Of a DNA stretch of 64,000 nucleotides, positions 40,671 through 54,121 are shown one piece after another (position 1 is the first letter of the stretch; each line of letters begins with the position of its first letter). Source of the stretch: Octopus vulgaris. Lineage: Eukaryota. The notes under the pieces were generated by a model that saw only the letters and a program-made list of their open reading frames with translations, was not told where the DNA came from and made no database searches. The position numbers and the translations under genes are program-made. The DNA is taken from assembly GCA_951406725.2 (NCBI GenBank), contig OX597819.1:135346001-135410000 (forward strand). The letters are read 5' to 3'.

Positions 40671-43600
40671 GAGTTCCAGTGATTCGGCTGAGGTGACTAA
40701 CCTGGTAGGCGCGTATCTATTAAAATGCATAAATAGGGATATCCCAGAATTACAAGGTGGTTTATATAGGGATGATGCTCTGTTTGTTATCCCTAGTAAT
40801 AATAAATCTAGTATAGAAAGGATTAGAAAGAAAATTAATAAGTTCTTTAAGGATTTCAACCTTAGCATAACGTATGAACCTGGCACTAAAATAGTTAAGT
40901 TCCTAGATATTACGTTAGACCTTAACTTCAAGCTGCATTACCCATTTAGAAAGGAAGGTGAAATCACGAGATACGTAAATAAATTATCCAATCATCCTCC
41001 AAATATAATTGAATCTTTAGTCGGAAATATTCACTAAGAATCTCAAAATAATCATCCAATAATGATATATTTAACTCTCATTCTGAGCATTATAATGCGA
41101 CGTTATCTAGGGCAGGATACAACCAAAAGATTACCTTTATTGATAAGAGGAGCTTACATATTCCTAATAAAGAAGATATCAGTAACAACGTAAGCAGCAA
41201 TATAGACAACGCCCGAAATAGAAGTAGAAGTAGATTTAAGGTAACTGCAAATCTAGCGTACAAGCCCAATCATACAAATAGAAACATAGACCAAAGCATA
41301 AGTAACGCAGATAAAATCAAATTAGATAAATCAAAGAAGCATACAAATAATAGTAATAAATACAATGACACTGGTGAGAATATTAATAATTCAACGAACC
41401 CTAATTCTAATTCAGGAAATTTAATAAGAAAGATATAATCTGGCTGAATATTCCTTTCAACTGTGCGATTCTATCGGATATACAGAGCAAATTCAAAGTA
41501 ATTCTAGAAAAAAATTTCCCAATCTCCCATAGATATCATAGAATTATTTCTAAAAAAACAGTTAGGATTTCTTATTCAACCCTCCCAAATATGTCCACTT
41601 TAATAGCTAAGATTAATAATAATAACATTAAGCTAGCCAGGAAAGATAAAAATAATACCAACATGAATACCAATAACAATTATAATAATACTATCAAAAA
41701 TAATGGCAATAAACGCAACAATAGTAACTATCAAAACATGGGTAGAATCAGTAACCACAGAATGACTAATAATAATATTAATATTAATAGGAGTAATAAT
41801 GTTAATAATAGAAGTAAGACTAATAGAGAAATTACAGGGAATGAAAACATCAGTGATATCTATAACAACAATATACATTCAGATAAAAATACTAGCAATA
41901 ATAGTTACAATACCAATAATGTAAGTAATCATGGTAGGACTTTAGATCTAAAGGATGGAGCAAAAGGTTCAATAAATAATAACACTGCTTTAGATAACAG
42001 CACTAACTATAATAATAATAATAATAATAACGATAAATATACTCATGATAATCAAAATAATAGGAACATGAGACATCTATCCATGAATAATCCAACATCT
42101 GAAGTTGACCCTCCTACGTGTAATTGTAGAATTAGGTCAAAATGCCCGGCACCTGGTCTATGCGGGGTAAATAACGTAATCTATAAATGTACCATAACTA
42201 CTGAGAATAACAAATTTTTTTACATTGGTTGTACTGTAAATTTTAAGAAAAGAGTTAGAAACCATATCTCATCTTTTAACTTACGTCATAAAGCTGGTAC
42301 CACCACGCTTTCAAATAAGATCTGGGAACTCAAAAATAATAATAGTAATTATAACCTTAATTGGGAAATAGTTAGAAGAGCAATGCCGTATAAAAATAAC
42401 AGGGTTGGTTGCCAACTCTGCTCCATGGAGACGTATGAAATTCTAATGCATAGAAAAAATAAGAGTTTGTTAAATAACCATATAGAATTAGGTCAATTTT
42501 GTGTTCACGCAAAATTGAAGACTCTAAAATATTTTAAATGAATAACAGTATATAATAATCGTAAGGAGATAGATAGATAGATCTAGCTTGTTTTTTTACT
42601 AGTAAAGCATAACTTTAATATATTTTTAAAATAGATAACTGCGAGCTGTTACACTATGTTTATCTCTTTCTTTATAACTGTACCTGATTTTGAACACAAA
42701 GAAACAAATAGTACTTGTACGTTGCTTAAATGAAGTTTTAATTGACTTGATAGTTAATTCTAAATTTTAATTTTTAATTTAATCTAATTTTTAATCTAAT
42801 TTAGGTAACACAACTCAAATAAAATAAGTTAATGATACTTCATAATTCTATTACAAAATTTAATAAGTAATGCTACTCCCTTGAAAAATAGTATAAGAAA
42901 TTTCAATATAATAAGCAATTCCCTCACACCTTGTAAACTGACTTCTAAGTATAAACCTGTAGTCGGTCAATGTATAGATAGTAACAACAACAATGTAATA
43001 CAGTAACAGTAATAAATAAATTAAATTAAATGACCTCTTTCTAGTATTGCACTCATTTTCTCTTAATGTATTTCCCTTTAATGATAGCCTTTGACCCCTC
43101 AATCCCTTACCCTGTTCTCTCTTTAGATTCTCATATCTGCTTTAGCTACATCAGGTTGGCAATTAATAGCTGTTTACTGGTCAAAAATAATATTCCCCTT
43201 ATAGCTCTTAGATTCCTGCAAATTCTAAGCCAGCCTGACCGTCTCAATATTTAAGAGACTTTTTTCTGTGTAGAGGGTTACCTGCGACCCCTTACCTCTC
43301 AGTTGTCACAGTATACTCTATGTGGGCGCTTTTTCTTTTTTCTTTTTTGTTTTCTTTTTTTTTTTTTTTTTTCTTCTTTTTTCTTTTTTCTTATTTTCTT
43401 TTTTTCTTCTTTTCTTTTTTCTTTTTTCTTTTTCTTTCTTTTCTTTTTTCTTTTCTTCTCTTTCCTTTTCTTTTCTTTGCTCCACAAAATTCCTTCAGCC
43501 TTTAGAAGTCATAACATAGCAGTTTTGTGAAGAGAACAGTAATGTGACAAATACCTTATCATATAGCATGAAATTATACCCACTTCATTGTGGATTAACC

Positions 43601-44082
43601 ATGAATAAATTCACGTCTGTGAGTATGAAATACCTCCTCATATCTCTGGAAATTTACACCTACACTATGGATGGATTAAACTTCTCTGCGAAGCTAATAA
43701 GCTTTTTTAAAACCTGTGATAAGACTGTGCATCATCATTAAAGAACTTTGGAACTCTGTTTACAACCTGAATCTGCTTTTAATGAAATTATCTCCAATAC
43801 TTCATGAGTGTAGCCTCACCCACTAAGATGTTTGGAGAACTCATATGTGTTTTAGCTGATGAGTACGGGACACTTTTATCTGCTGCAATATTTGCAACTT
43901 TTAATAAAGCCTGTCTTTGTATGAAACAATTGTACTAAAAACTAATCCATTCTTGTTGCTTCTTTTCTCGTTTATAATCACCCCACACTACTGTATTGGT
44001 TAACACCATATAGTTTTCTGGTGCATCTAAGTTAAGTACCGCATTCAAGTGAATTCATTAGAATCGACTTGAATCTTAATTG

Positions 44083-44090
<8 letters not shown>
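40667..44090 (+). mobile_element. 5'-truncated Penelope-like element (YRDD type, Nematis-like) with Asn-rich linkers and a long 3' region
   Basis: DSAEVTNLVG, GLYRDDAL, VKFLDITLDL, SNHPP; CNCRIRSKCP; VIYKCTI..FYIGCT..FKKRVRNHISSF (GIY-YIG). Frameshifted. Confidence 0.9.
43849..43941 (+). ncRNA. Type I hammerhead ribozyme in the Penelope 3' pLTR
   Basis: gttttag-CTGATGA-gtacgggaca...tgtctttgtat-GAAA-caattg-TA-ctaaaac. Perfect 7-bp stem I and palindromic stem III. Confidence 0.9.
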
Positions 44091-44148
<58 letters not shown>

Positions 44149-44759
44149 CATGGATATATGACCAAACTTTAGGTCTCACTGAGGAAATGACTAGAGACCG
44201 AGACCTTTGGAAGTATGCTGTGCGTGGGAAGACCCGGTAGGACAAGTGAGACCATGACCCGTGGCCTCTACTAGGGATGTAGCAAGTCCACTTATGCATA
44301 CCTTTCCTTCTTGGGACACAAAACTCTACTTGCGAAGACCTGTTGAGGCAAGTGAGAATCAAAATCAAAATCAAAATCACGATCAAAATCGAAATTGATC
44401 AACATCAGTGGAAATTGTAGTTGTGATACCAGTGCCGGTGTCACGTAAGAGAACCATCCGAATGTGGCCGTTGCCAGCGCCGCCCGACTGGCCTCCGTGC
44501 CGGTGGTACATAAAAGGCACCATCCGATTGTGGCCGTTGCCAGCTTCGCCTGGCACCTGTGCTGGTGGCACGTAAAGCACCCACTACACTCACGGAGTGG
44601 TTAGCGTTAGGAAGAGCATCCAGCCGTAGAAACATTGCCAGATCAGAGTGGGCCTAGTGCTTCCCAGACCCCAGTTGAACCCTCCAAACCATACTAGCAT
44701 GGAAAGCGGATGCTAAGCGATGTTGATGATGATGATGATATATATATATATATATATAT

Positions 44760-44972
44760 AAAAGGGCAAGAAGCAGGTTGCTTAGAAATATTAGAAATAG
44801 CAGTCAAAGACCGTTTATTTCTATTTTATGCAAATACAACTCCACTAGAAATAGCAGTCAAAGACCGTTTATTTCTATTTTATATTTGTATAAAATAGAA
44901 ATAAACGGTCTTTGACTGCTATTTCTAATTTTTTTTCGGTATGTGGCTAAGCAACCTGTTGCTTGCTCTTTT
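44760..44972. repeat. Nested fold-back with internal direct duplication
   Basis: TAGAAATAGCAGTCAAAGACCGTTTATTTCTATTTTAT occurs twice and then as reverse complement; outer CAGGTTGCTTAG / CTAAGCAACCTG pair. Confidence 0.85.
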
Positions 44973-45265
44973 ATATATATATATATATAATTTTTTTAAA
45001 AGTTCCTACCGATAATAGTTATATTTACATACCGAAATCTACCCGGGAATAATTGTTGGTTTTTAAATTTAATAATTATTTACCCTTATATTATTATATA
45101 TATATATATATATATATCCATATATATAAAAATATATTATGTCTAAATATCTTTAATGCTTTAGACATTTCCCCTACCAAGAGCATTTATTTGAAATTCA
45201 GTATATTGTATCCTCATTGAATATATTTCATTAACTATACACACTCTCTCTCTCTCTCTCACACA

Positions 45266-45353
<88 letters not shown>

Positions 45354-45354
45354 T

Positions 45355-45575
45355 ATTTCTTTATTGCCCACAAGGGGCCAAACATAGAGGGGACAAACAA
45401 GGACAGACAAAGGGATTAAGTCGATTACATCGACACCAGTGCGTAACTGGTACTTTATTTATCGACCCCAAAAGACTGAAAGGCAAAGTCGACCTGCGCG
45501 GAATTTGAATTCACAACGTAACGACAGACGAAATACGGCTACGCATTTCGCCCGGACTGCTAACGTTTCTGCCAT
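45355..45575 (-). mobile_element. Second tRNA-derived SINE family (Nin/Deu-like central domain); copies at 51203-51438 (+), 56735-56882 (-) and 56884-57112 (-)
   Basis: Shared GAGTTCAAATTCCGCCGAGGTCGACTTTGCCTTTCATCCTTTCGGGGTCGATAAA..GTACCAG. Confidence 0.85.
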
Positions 45576-45658
45576 GCATGTATAATACACACACACACAC
45601 ACACACGTATCTATATATATATACATAATACATGAGTATGTTTGTGTGTAAATTGTGT

Positions 45659-45694
<36 letters not shown>

Positions 45695-45843
45695 ATCATG
45701 TTACTACAATGCATAGACGTTGGCCAATAAAACCGCAATGCGCCTTTAACAACAAAATGTGTTCGGCTTTTATCGCTCACGAAATCCAAAACGATTTCAA
45801 TGGGTTAATAACATACAATCAACATACGTAGGTGTTGCCCACC

Positions 45844-45893
<50 letters not shown>

Positions 45894-46210
45894 GTCTTTA
45901 CATACACACACATACATATACACATAGCTCTTTGGACAATTAGGGTAAAACTAGGTCACAGCTTTAATTTCAGAAATTCATATGAGTGAAAGGGTGACAG
46001 GATATTTGAGAGATAAGAATGAAAGGCGATCCAACAAAGAGAAAATATAATGAGTCGCTTTATTGGCTGCCCTGAATGACCTCCTGCTTAACATTAAATA
46101 TATTCTTAAGAACTGAATACAATTTATTCATCCGCGCGAACCAGAGCCAGACTGAAATGGCTTTTGGGACTCCTGGAAATATTCTGTCTTTCGGTAAGGT
46201 AAAGATTTTT

Positions 46211-48144
46211 CGGTTAATATAGGGCGTTACGATTATCAGAAAATAAAAAAAAAATGTGTGTAATAGGTGTAAAACAACTTCCTATGAACGAATATGAAAA
46301 AAAAATTCGCGCACGCGAAAGGGGGTGGGGAGAGGCCTCGGAAAATTCACATCGGGAAGTTCCGAAAGCGTCTGAGGAGCTGACCCGGGCACCAAAACAA
46401 AAAAAAATAGTGTAATATGTGTAAAACAACTTGCTCTAAACGAATATGACAAAAAAATGCGCTCTCGCGAAAGAGGGGTGGGGGAGAGGCCTCGGAAAAT
46501 TTATATCGGGAATTTCCGAAAGCGTCTGAACCGGGCACAAAAACAAAAACAAAAACAGCGTAATAGGTGTAAAACAACTTGCTCTAAACGACTATCATGA
46601 AAAAAATGCGCGCTCGCGAAAGGGGGGTGGGGGAGAGGCTTCGGAAATTTCACATCTTCAGTCCACGGCCTTTAAACTAAGAAAAAATAGTGTAATTGGT
46701 GTAAAACTACTTGTTCTAAACGAGTATCAAGAACACACACTCACACATGAATCATAAAATCATATTTCGCAAAAAAAAAAATAAAGAGAAGAAATTCTGG
46801 AAAAAGTGAAGAAATGTTGGATCTCCGCCATGTGAATCAAAATACGTGTCAGAAACATCTTGAAATACTACAGAAATTATGTTACGAAAATGATAATGTA
46901 TACATACCTCTTTGAGTGGTCCATCGATAATGATGATAAAGAAATGAGTTGGATTTGAACTCAGAATATTGACTAACACAACTACATACTACAAGACTCA
47001 AAATATTCAGCCAAGTCACCACCCTTTAACTAGCAATAATAATAACATCAATAACATAACAGCCAAAAGATTTATTTGTTCTGAAAATAACAATCATAGT
47101 AAATAAATATGTTCTTTAATATTCACATTCATGTGCACAGTTAACCACACTTACATACAAACAGTCACGCATGCATAATACAGAACGGAACACATAAATG
47201 AAGGATGCATTACTTAGTATATATTACATCTAGAGAATTTTGATTAATAAGTCAAATATGCAAATTATAAAGATAATTAATTGCTTTACTAAACAGTGTT
47301 GTAAAGGTGAAAAAATAAATTTGGGAAAAAAATACACGCCAAAACTAATTAATAAAGGATAATTAGGGAAGGATTGACACAAAATAATAATTTTTTCTGT
47401 CTTTTTTCTGATAAATGCATCTTAATAAGTGAGAAGAATTGCATATATCTGAACTATTTCAAAGAAAAGCATAAATTTAATGTTTAAAATAGCTTTAACC
47501 AAGGAATGAGATCCAACATTTCTTCACTTTTTCCAGAATTTCTTCTCTTTATTTATTTATTTTTTTTTTTGCGAAATATGTACAAAAATACGGAGTTTAT
47601 GATTCATGTGTGAGTGTGTGTTCTTGATACTCGTTTAGAACAAGTAGTTTTACACCAATTACACTATTTTTTCTTAGTTTAAAGGCCGTGGACTGAAGAT
47701 GTGAAATTTCCGAAGCCTCTCCCCCACCCCCCTTTCGCGAGCGCGCATTTTTTTCATGATAGTCGTTTAGAGCAAGTTGTTTTACACCTATTACGCTGTT
47801 TTTGTTTTTGTTTTTGTGCCCGGTTCAGACGCTTTCGGAAATTCTCGATATAAATTTTCCGAGGCCTCTCCACCACCCCTCTTTCGCGAGAGCGCATTTT
47901 TTTGTCATATTCGTTTAGAGCAAGTTGTTTTACACATATTACACTATTTTTTTTGTTTTGGTGCCCGGGTCAGCTCCTCAGACGCTTTCGGAACTTCCCG
48001 ATGTGAATTTTCCGAGGCCTCTCCCCCACCCCCCTTTCGCGTGCGCGAATTTTTTTTTCATATTCGTTCATAGGAAGTTGTTTTACACCTATTACACACA
48101 TTTTTTTTTTATTTTCTGATAATCGTAACGCCCTATATTAACCG
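46211..48144. mobile_element. Foldback-like element: ~620-bp inverted arms (46211-46825, 47508-48144) built of ~150-bp tandem subrepeats
   Basis: Arms are near-identical reverse complements. Subrepeats start at ~46260, 46411 and 46560. ATTTTT flanks both ends (possible TSD). Confidence 0.75.
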
Positions 48145-48349
48145 ATTTTTCTTGTCTTATATCTTGTCATAAGATAGAGTTTACGTATCTGTGTATGGAT
48201 AGGTGGATAGATGCATGTTTATATGTTATTATTACTGTTACAGTAGAACATAGAAATTCGTTACCCAGACACAAACAGACAAATTGATGAAATCACGAAC
48301 GTAGATTAAGTTGTATATACACTGACATCCATGCTTTTAAACGTATCTC

Positions 48350-49212
48350 TGCCTACCTATCTATATCTGTCTATATCTCTATCTATCTGTCTCTCTCTCT
48401 ATCTCTCTCTGTCTGTCTCTCTATCTATCTGTCTCTCTCTATCTATCTGTCTGTCTCTCTATCTATCTGCCTCTCTCTCTCTATCTATTTACATACTATT
48501 TCTCTCTCTTTCTCTCTATCCATCTGTCATTCTCTCTATCTATCTCTCTCTATCTATCTATCTCGTTACCTTTCTATCTATCTCCCTCTCTCTATCTATC
48601 TAGCTATCTACCTCTCTCTCTACCTATCTCCCTCTCTCTCCCTCTATCTATCTCCCCCTCTCTCTATCTATTTATCTCCCTCTCTCTCTAGCTATCTATC
48701 TCCTCTCTCTATCCATCTCCTTCTCTCTATCTATTTATCTATCTCCCCCTCTCTCTATCTATCTATCTCTCTCTCTCTCTATCTATCTCCCTCTCTCTCT
48801 CTATCTATCCATCTCCCCCTCTCTCTATCTATTGATCTCCCTCTCTCTCTAGCTATCTATCTCCCTCTCTCTATATCTATCTCCCTCTCTATCTATCTAT
48901 CTATCTATCTCCCCCTCTCTCTATCAATTGATCTCCCTCTCTCTCTAGCTATCTATCTCTCTCTGTATCCATCTCCCCCTCTCTCTATCTATCTCCCTCT
49001 CTCTCTATCTATCTATCTCCCTCTCTATCTATCTATCCATCTCCCCCTCTCTCTATCTATTGATCTCCCTCTCTCTCTAGCTATCTATCTCCTCTCTCTC
49101 TAGCCATCTATCTCCCTCTCTCTTTATCCATCCCCCTCTCTCTCTATCTCCCTCTCTCTCTCTATCTATCTATCTCCCCCTCTCTCTCCCTCTCTGTCTA
49201 TCCATCTCCCTC
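48350..49212. repeat. (CT)/(CTAT) compound low-complexity array
   Basis: Direct inspection. Confidence 0.95.
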
Positions 49213-49225
49213 GCTACGGAAAATG

Positions 49226-49749
49226 GGATTTTTTCTAGCGGTGTCAAATGAAATTGTCACCCATGATTATGACCCTAGTATCGATCTATTGCATTTCAAT
49301 CTATTTTAGGGTTAGGTTTAGAGTTATGGTTAGGGTTAGGGTTAGGGGTGGGGGAAGGGTATCTTTTTTTCTTCACAAATGTAAAGAAACCCAATCTGTT
49401 TCTTAAACGAGGGACATATTCATACAGCACGGAATGTTAAAATTGCTGAAATGCTCGAAATTAAAGTCGAAATATCTTACAACATATAGAATTTTCTCAA
49501 TAGTAGAAGACACTTGCCCAAGGGGACTGAACCCGGAACCATGTGGTTGGTAAGCAAGCTACTTACCACACAGCCACTCCTGCGCCTATTTATTTACATT
49601 TCTGAACAAAAAAGATACCATACCCTTCCACCCACCCCTAACCCTAAAACAGATTGGAATGCAATAGATTGATACTAGGGTCATAATTATGGGTGACAAT
49701 TTCATATGACACCGCTACAAAAAACTGCCGTTCAAACCGAAAAGATCCA
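49226..49749. mobile_element. MITE-like element with ~85-bp inverted repeats and internal TTAGGG-like repeats, interrupted by a SINE fragment (49503-49587)
   Basis: TAGCGGTGTCAAATGAAATTGTCACCCAT..TTTTAGGGTTAGG mirrored at 49635-49720. Confidence 0.75.
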
Positions 49750-50472
49750 AAAAATTATTCATTTTGTGTTTTATTTACTTTGCTAGGAAGTCGTTGTAGG
49801 ATCGACTAGTCACGACTAGCTAGCGCGGACACAATATAAATAATTTTTTAAAGCAAAGTAAATAAAACTCAAAAACACAAAGTAAGGATCGACTAGTCAT
49901 GACTAGCTTATGCGAGTGCGCGCACCGGGACCACTGTTCTCAAGTAGTACCCCATGGTTTTTATGAAATGAACTATTTTGACTTACTTCTTTTTTTGTTT
50001 GAGGGTAGTAAAAAAATCTTTTTAGTCAATTGATATTTTATTTAGGTTTTTAGTCGCACGACACACTTTAGAATTCTTAGTCAATTATATAAACCTTCTT
50101 GATAAGCCATTCTATATATCTGTATTTTTATTTGCATGCATATTTTTTACCTTCTGTATTATTTTTATATATGTATTCTTTTTATATGTTTAAAGGCCAG
50201 GGTAGTATTTAGATATGATCAAATGTTTGATAAGGGACGGTGTTATGTATAAAGTTGTTGAATCGAATTTCATGTTTCTTCTCTGATCGATGTTTTTTTA
50301 TCTCTCTCTGTCTCAATTACACTTGAGTACTTCCTTTCTGCAGCCTTATAAACCCTCTTTATCTCTATAAAAAGCGGCAAAAATTATTTCTTGTCATATG
50401 TATGTGTGTGTGTATATATGCATGTGTATGTGTGTGCATATATATGTGTGTATATATATGTGTGTGTGTATA

Positions 50473-50505
<33 letters not shown>

Positions 50506-50732
50506 ATATACGTATGTGTGTATATATATATATATGTGTGTGTGTATATGTGTGTGTATATATGTGTGTGTGTATATATATATGCGTGTGTGTATATTTG
50601 TGTGTGTATGTGTATGTGTGTGTATATATATATATGTGAGTGTATATATATATGTGTGTGTGTATATATATATGTGAGTGTATATATATGTGTGTGTGTA
50701 TATATATATTTGTGTGAGTGTGTGTGTGTATA

Positions 50733-50800
<68 letters not shown>

Positions 50801-50815
50801 TATATAGATAGATAT

Positions 50816-50847
<32 letters not shown>

Positions 50848-51459
50848 GTGAAATTGATTAATTATGAAATAGTCATAAAGATATTTGCAAAACTATATAA
50901 AGTAGCCACTTGTTGATAGAGTGAATCTTAATAGTAACAAAGCAGATGAGATCAAAGCAAAGACCAATACAGGAGGTTTTATTGTACAAACTCTATTTTT
51001 CATTGATTCTTTTGTTATTTTTCATTAATTAACTTTTCTTTATAGAATCAATTTGTTATTTATGTAACGTGTCTCCACCCAGCTGGGAAGTGATCCGCAG
51101 ATTTATAGCTCAAGATGTACAGTGATCAACAGAGCACATTCCAGCATTCAGGGTTGAACTGTAACCAATCGAACTGTAATAAGCAGAGTAATGTAGCTAA
51201 CCAAGGTGGCAAGCTGGCAGAATCGTTAGCACGCCGGGCGAAATGCTCAGCAGTATTTTGTCTGTCGCTACGTTCTGAGTTCAAATTTCCGCCGAGGTCG
51301 ACTTTGCCTTTCATCCTTTCGGGTTCGATAAATAAAGTACCAGTTACGCACTGAGGGTTGATGTAATCGACTTAATCCCTTTGTCTGTCCTTGTTTGTCC
51401 CCTCTGTGTTTAGCCCCTTGTGGGCAGTAAAGAAATAAGTGACACAGCACAGTTACTGT

Positions 51460-51681
51460 TACTTTTTTACTGGTTTCAGTCATTTGACTGCGGCCATGCT
51501 AGAGCACCGCCTTTGGTCGAGAAAATCGACATCAAGACTTATTCTTTGTAAGCCTAGTACTTATTCTATCGGTCTCTTGCCAAACCACCAAGTTAACGGG
51601 ACGTAAACACACCAGCACCGGTTGCCAAGCGATGTTGGGGGACAAATACAGACATACAAACATATACACACACATACATAC

Positions 51682-51730
<49 letters not shown>

Positions 51731-51984
51731 GCGGTTTGCATCTCGAGGACCGAATGTACTGATGAAGTCACGGACACTTGAATTATGCAAGTAATTCTTT
51801 TGTTAAGACCGAAACCGAGGTATGCATTTAAGTCTGTTTTTTATTTAATTTTTCATATGTCCTGCCCGCCAAAGTTGGTTCTGGTGTTCGCTGAATTCTT
51901 CCTCTAGAGAATTTCCCTTGTAGTTTGATCGTTGATGATCTTCTTCTAGCATTCTGGCCGGCTACCTAGCAGGCCAGCCCTGCA

Positions 51985-52048
<64 letters not shown>

Positions 52049-52210
52049 GACGGGCTTCTTTCAGTTTCCGTCTACCATATCCACTCACAAGGCTTTGGTC
52101 GGCCCGAGGCTATAGTAGAAGACACTTGCCCAATGTGCCATGCAGTGGGACTGAACCCGAAACCATGTGATTGTTAAGCAAGCCCGTTACCACACAGCCA
52201 CTCCTGTGCC
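51460..52210 (-). mobile_element. tRNA-derived SINE split at its central (TA)n by a ~260-bp hammerhead-bearing insert (51725-51985)
   Basis: 5' half at 52047-52210 and 3' half at 51460-51680. Confidence 0.85.
51753..51828 (+). ncRNA. Type I hammerhead ribozyme
   Basis: aatgta-CTGATGA-agtc..(gaatta/taattc hairpin)..gacc-GAAA-cc(ga)gg-TA-tgcatt. Confidence 0.8.
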
Positions 52211-52641
52211 TTGGATTATTAGTGTCAAGAAGAACATTCAGCTATGAATAATAGTTTAGATAAACTGAAGTTTACAATATTTTTGTTATCTTATGCAAGA
52301 TTTTAGAACCATCATCTTCTGTATATTGTTGTTTACCTCATTTTAGGAGGGTTTTTTAAAAATTGTTTTATTTTCTCTTTTGACATCTTTCATTTAAAAG
52401 ACATGGACATCTATGAGATCATGAAAAAAATGGTGACATTGAAGCAGTCAAAATCTTCATAACTGAGCATCCAGATGAAGTAAGTTGTTCTGTTTATTGC
52501 CTTCTCAAATTTGATTGCTTGTTTCTTATTTTATACACAATATGAAATGTTCCTAAGTAATCACATACATTTGTCCATAATATTTCATTTCTTTCTTCAA
52601 CTCTTTCCTTTAATCCTCATCATTGTCACTTTTTATATATA

Positions 52642-53025
52642 CTAGCAGTATAGCTCAGGGTTTTTTTTACCCTTTAGAATTGGAATTTTTTGAAAAGTAA
52701 AAATTTTGCGTTATGTAGCTTTTTATTCTCTTTAAGTGAACATTTTTCTGGTTGAAATACACTGAACAATGGCGACACATCAGTCAAAAAATCGTTAAAA
52801 AATAGGGATTTTCATAGACAAAATGCAACTTTTTGATGTAAATAATTTTTGGTCTTAACATGGTCTGATTTGAATTTTATCTTCTACGAAATGAAGAGCA
52901 AGGCTTCTTCTATCATAGTCTCAATTTTGGTCAACTTGCGCCTCAGGGTCTCGGAGGAGATAGTGTTAGTTGAAGGCTACCAAACCTGCCACACACAGAC
53001 AACTTCAGCTTTATAGAGAGAGAGA
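52642..53025 (-). mobile_element. Non-autonomous Helitron
   Basis: rc begins A|TC..TATAAAGCTGAAG and ends CTAG|T. Absent from the paralogous intron (~2915); same family as 62056. Confidence 0.75.
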
Positions 53026-53958
53026 TTTAACCAAACATTGAAGCATGCTAGAATTAAGAGAATGTGAGTGAGAGAGAAACCCATCCTCACACACTGCAAT
53101 GGGGTATTCTGGCAGGAAATATTCAACCCAAGAGATGAGGGAAAGATGGAGTTAGTAGATGGATGGTGGCTTTGTCAAGAAGTCCTTTTGCCACAAACAG
53201 TTGAAGCTTTTATTGATGCCAAGGGCCACAGCAATTCTTTTTCAGAATTTATCAAAATGCGAAAATACTGGTGTGTCACAAAGGAATCAAGCCTCAACTT
53301 GATCTGGCTTTATAAAACTGTACTGGTGTTCATTGAATAGAGAAAGATACCCAAAAGGACAAAGATGATGGTTCTTGGTAGCTTTTTACTTCATAATTGA
53401 AATATTGGAAGTTAGAATGATACGATGGTAGTCAGTAGATGGGATATTGTCTGCAGGAATATAGAGCTGGGCTTCTCAAAGAGGTCAGTACTACCAATGT
53501 GTAGGGGCTGTGGGAAAATTTTATAAGAATTTATGTGTATATGAAACAGGAAGAATGTGTACCTGAGTTTGGCTGAAGCCAGGCAGTAAAGGTTGGGTCA
53601 GTAACAAAAGTGAATCAGTGATTCAAATATTCACATCCCTGGCACCTGTGCCGGTGGCACGTAAAATGCACTCACTACACTCATGGAGTGGTTGGCGTTA
53701 GGAAGGGCATCCAGCAGTAGAAACTCTGCCAGATCAAGATTGGAGCCATGTGCAGCTTCCTGGATTCCCAGACCCCAGTTGAACTGTTCAACCCATGCTA
53801 GCATGGAAAACGGACGTTAAACGATGATAATGATGATGTGTGTGGATGAGGTAAGTAGTTACCCATTTCAAGACTGGGAATCAAAACAGCGATCCTACGA
53901 CTGCAAGTCTGCTGACCTAACCACTGGGCCATTGCGCCTCCACACACACACATATACG

Positions 53959-54009
<51 letters not shown>

Positions 54010-54121
54010 CGTGTGTGTGTGTGTGTATGTATATATGTATGTGTGTGTGTATACACGTATGTGTAAATACAGTATAAATTCCATTTCATTACTCCCTGCC
54101 CCAATCATTCCACCCCTTTAA

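Noticed and set aside
46260-46720. Regular ~150-bp repeats as a possible CRISPR array
   Set aside because: Whole units repeat with no unique spacers.
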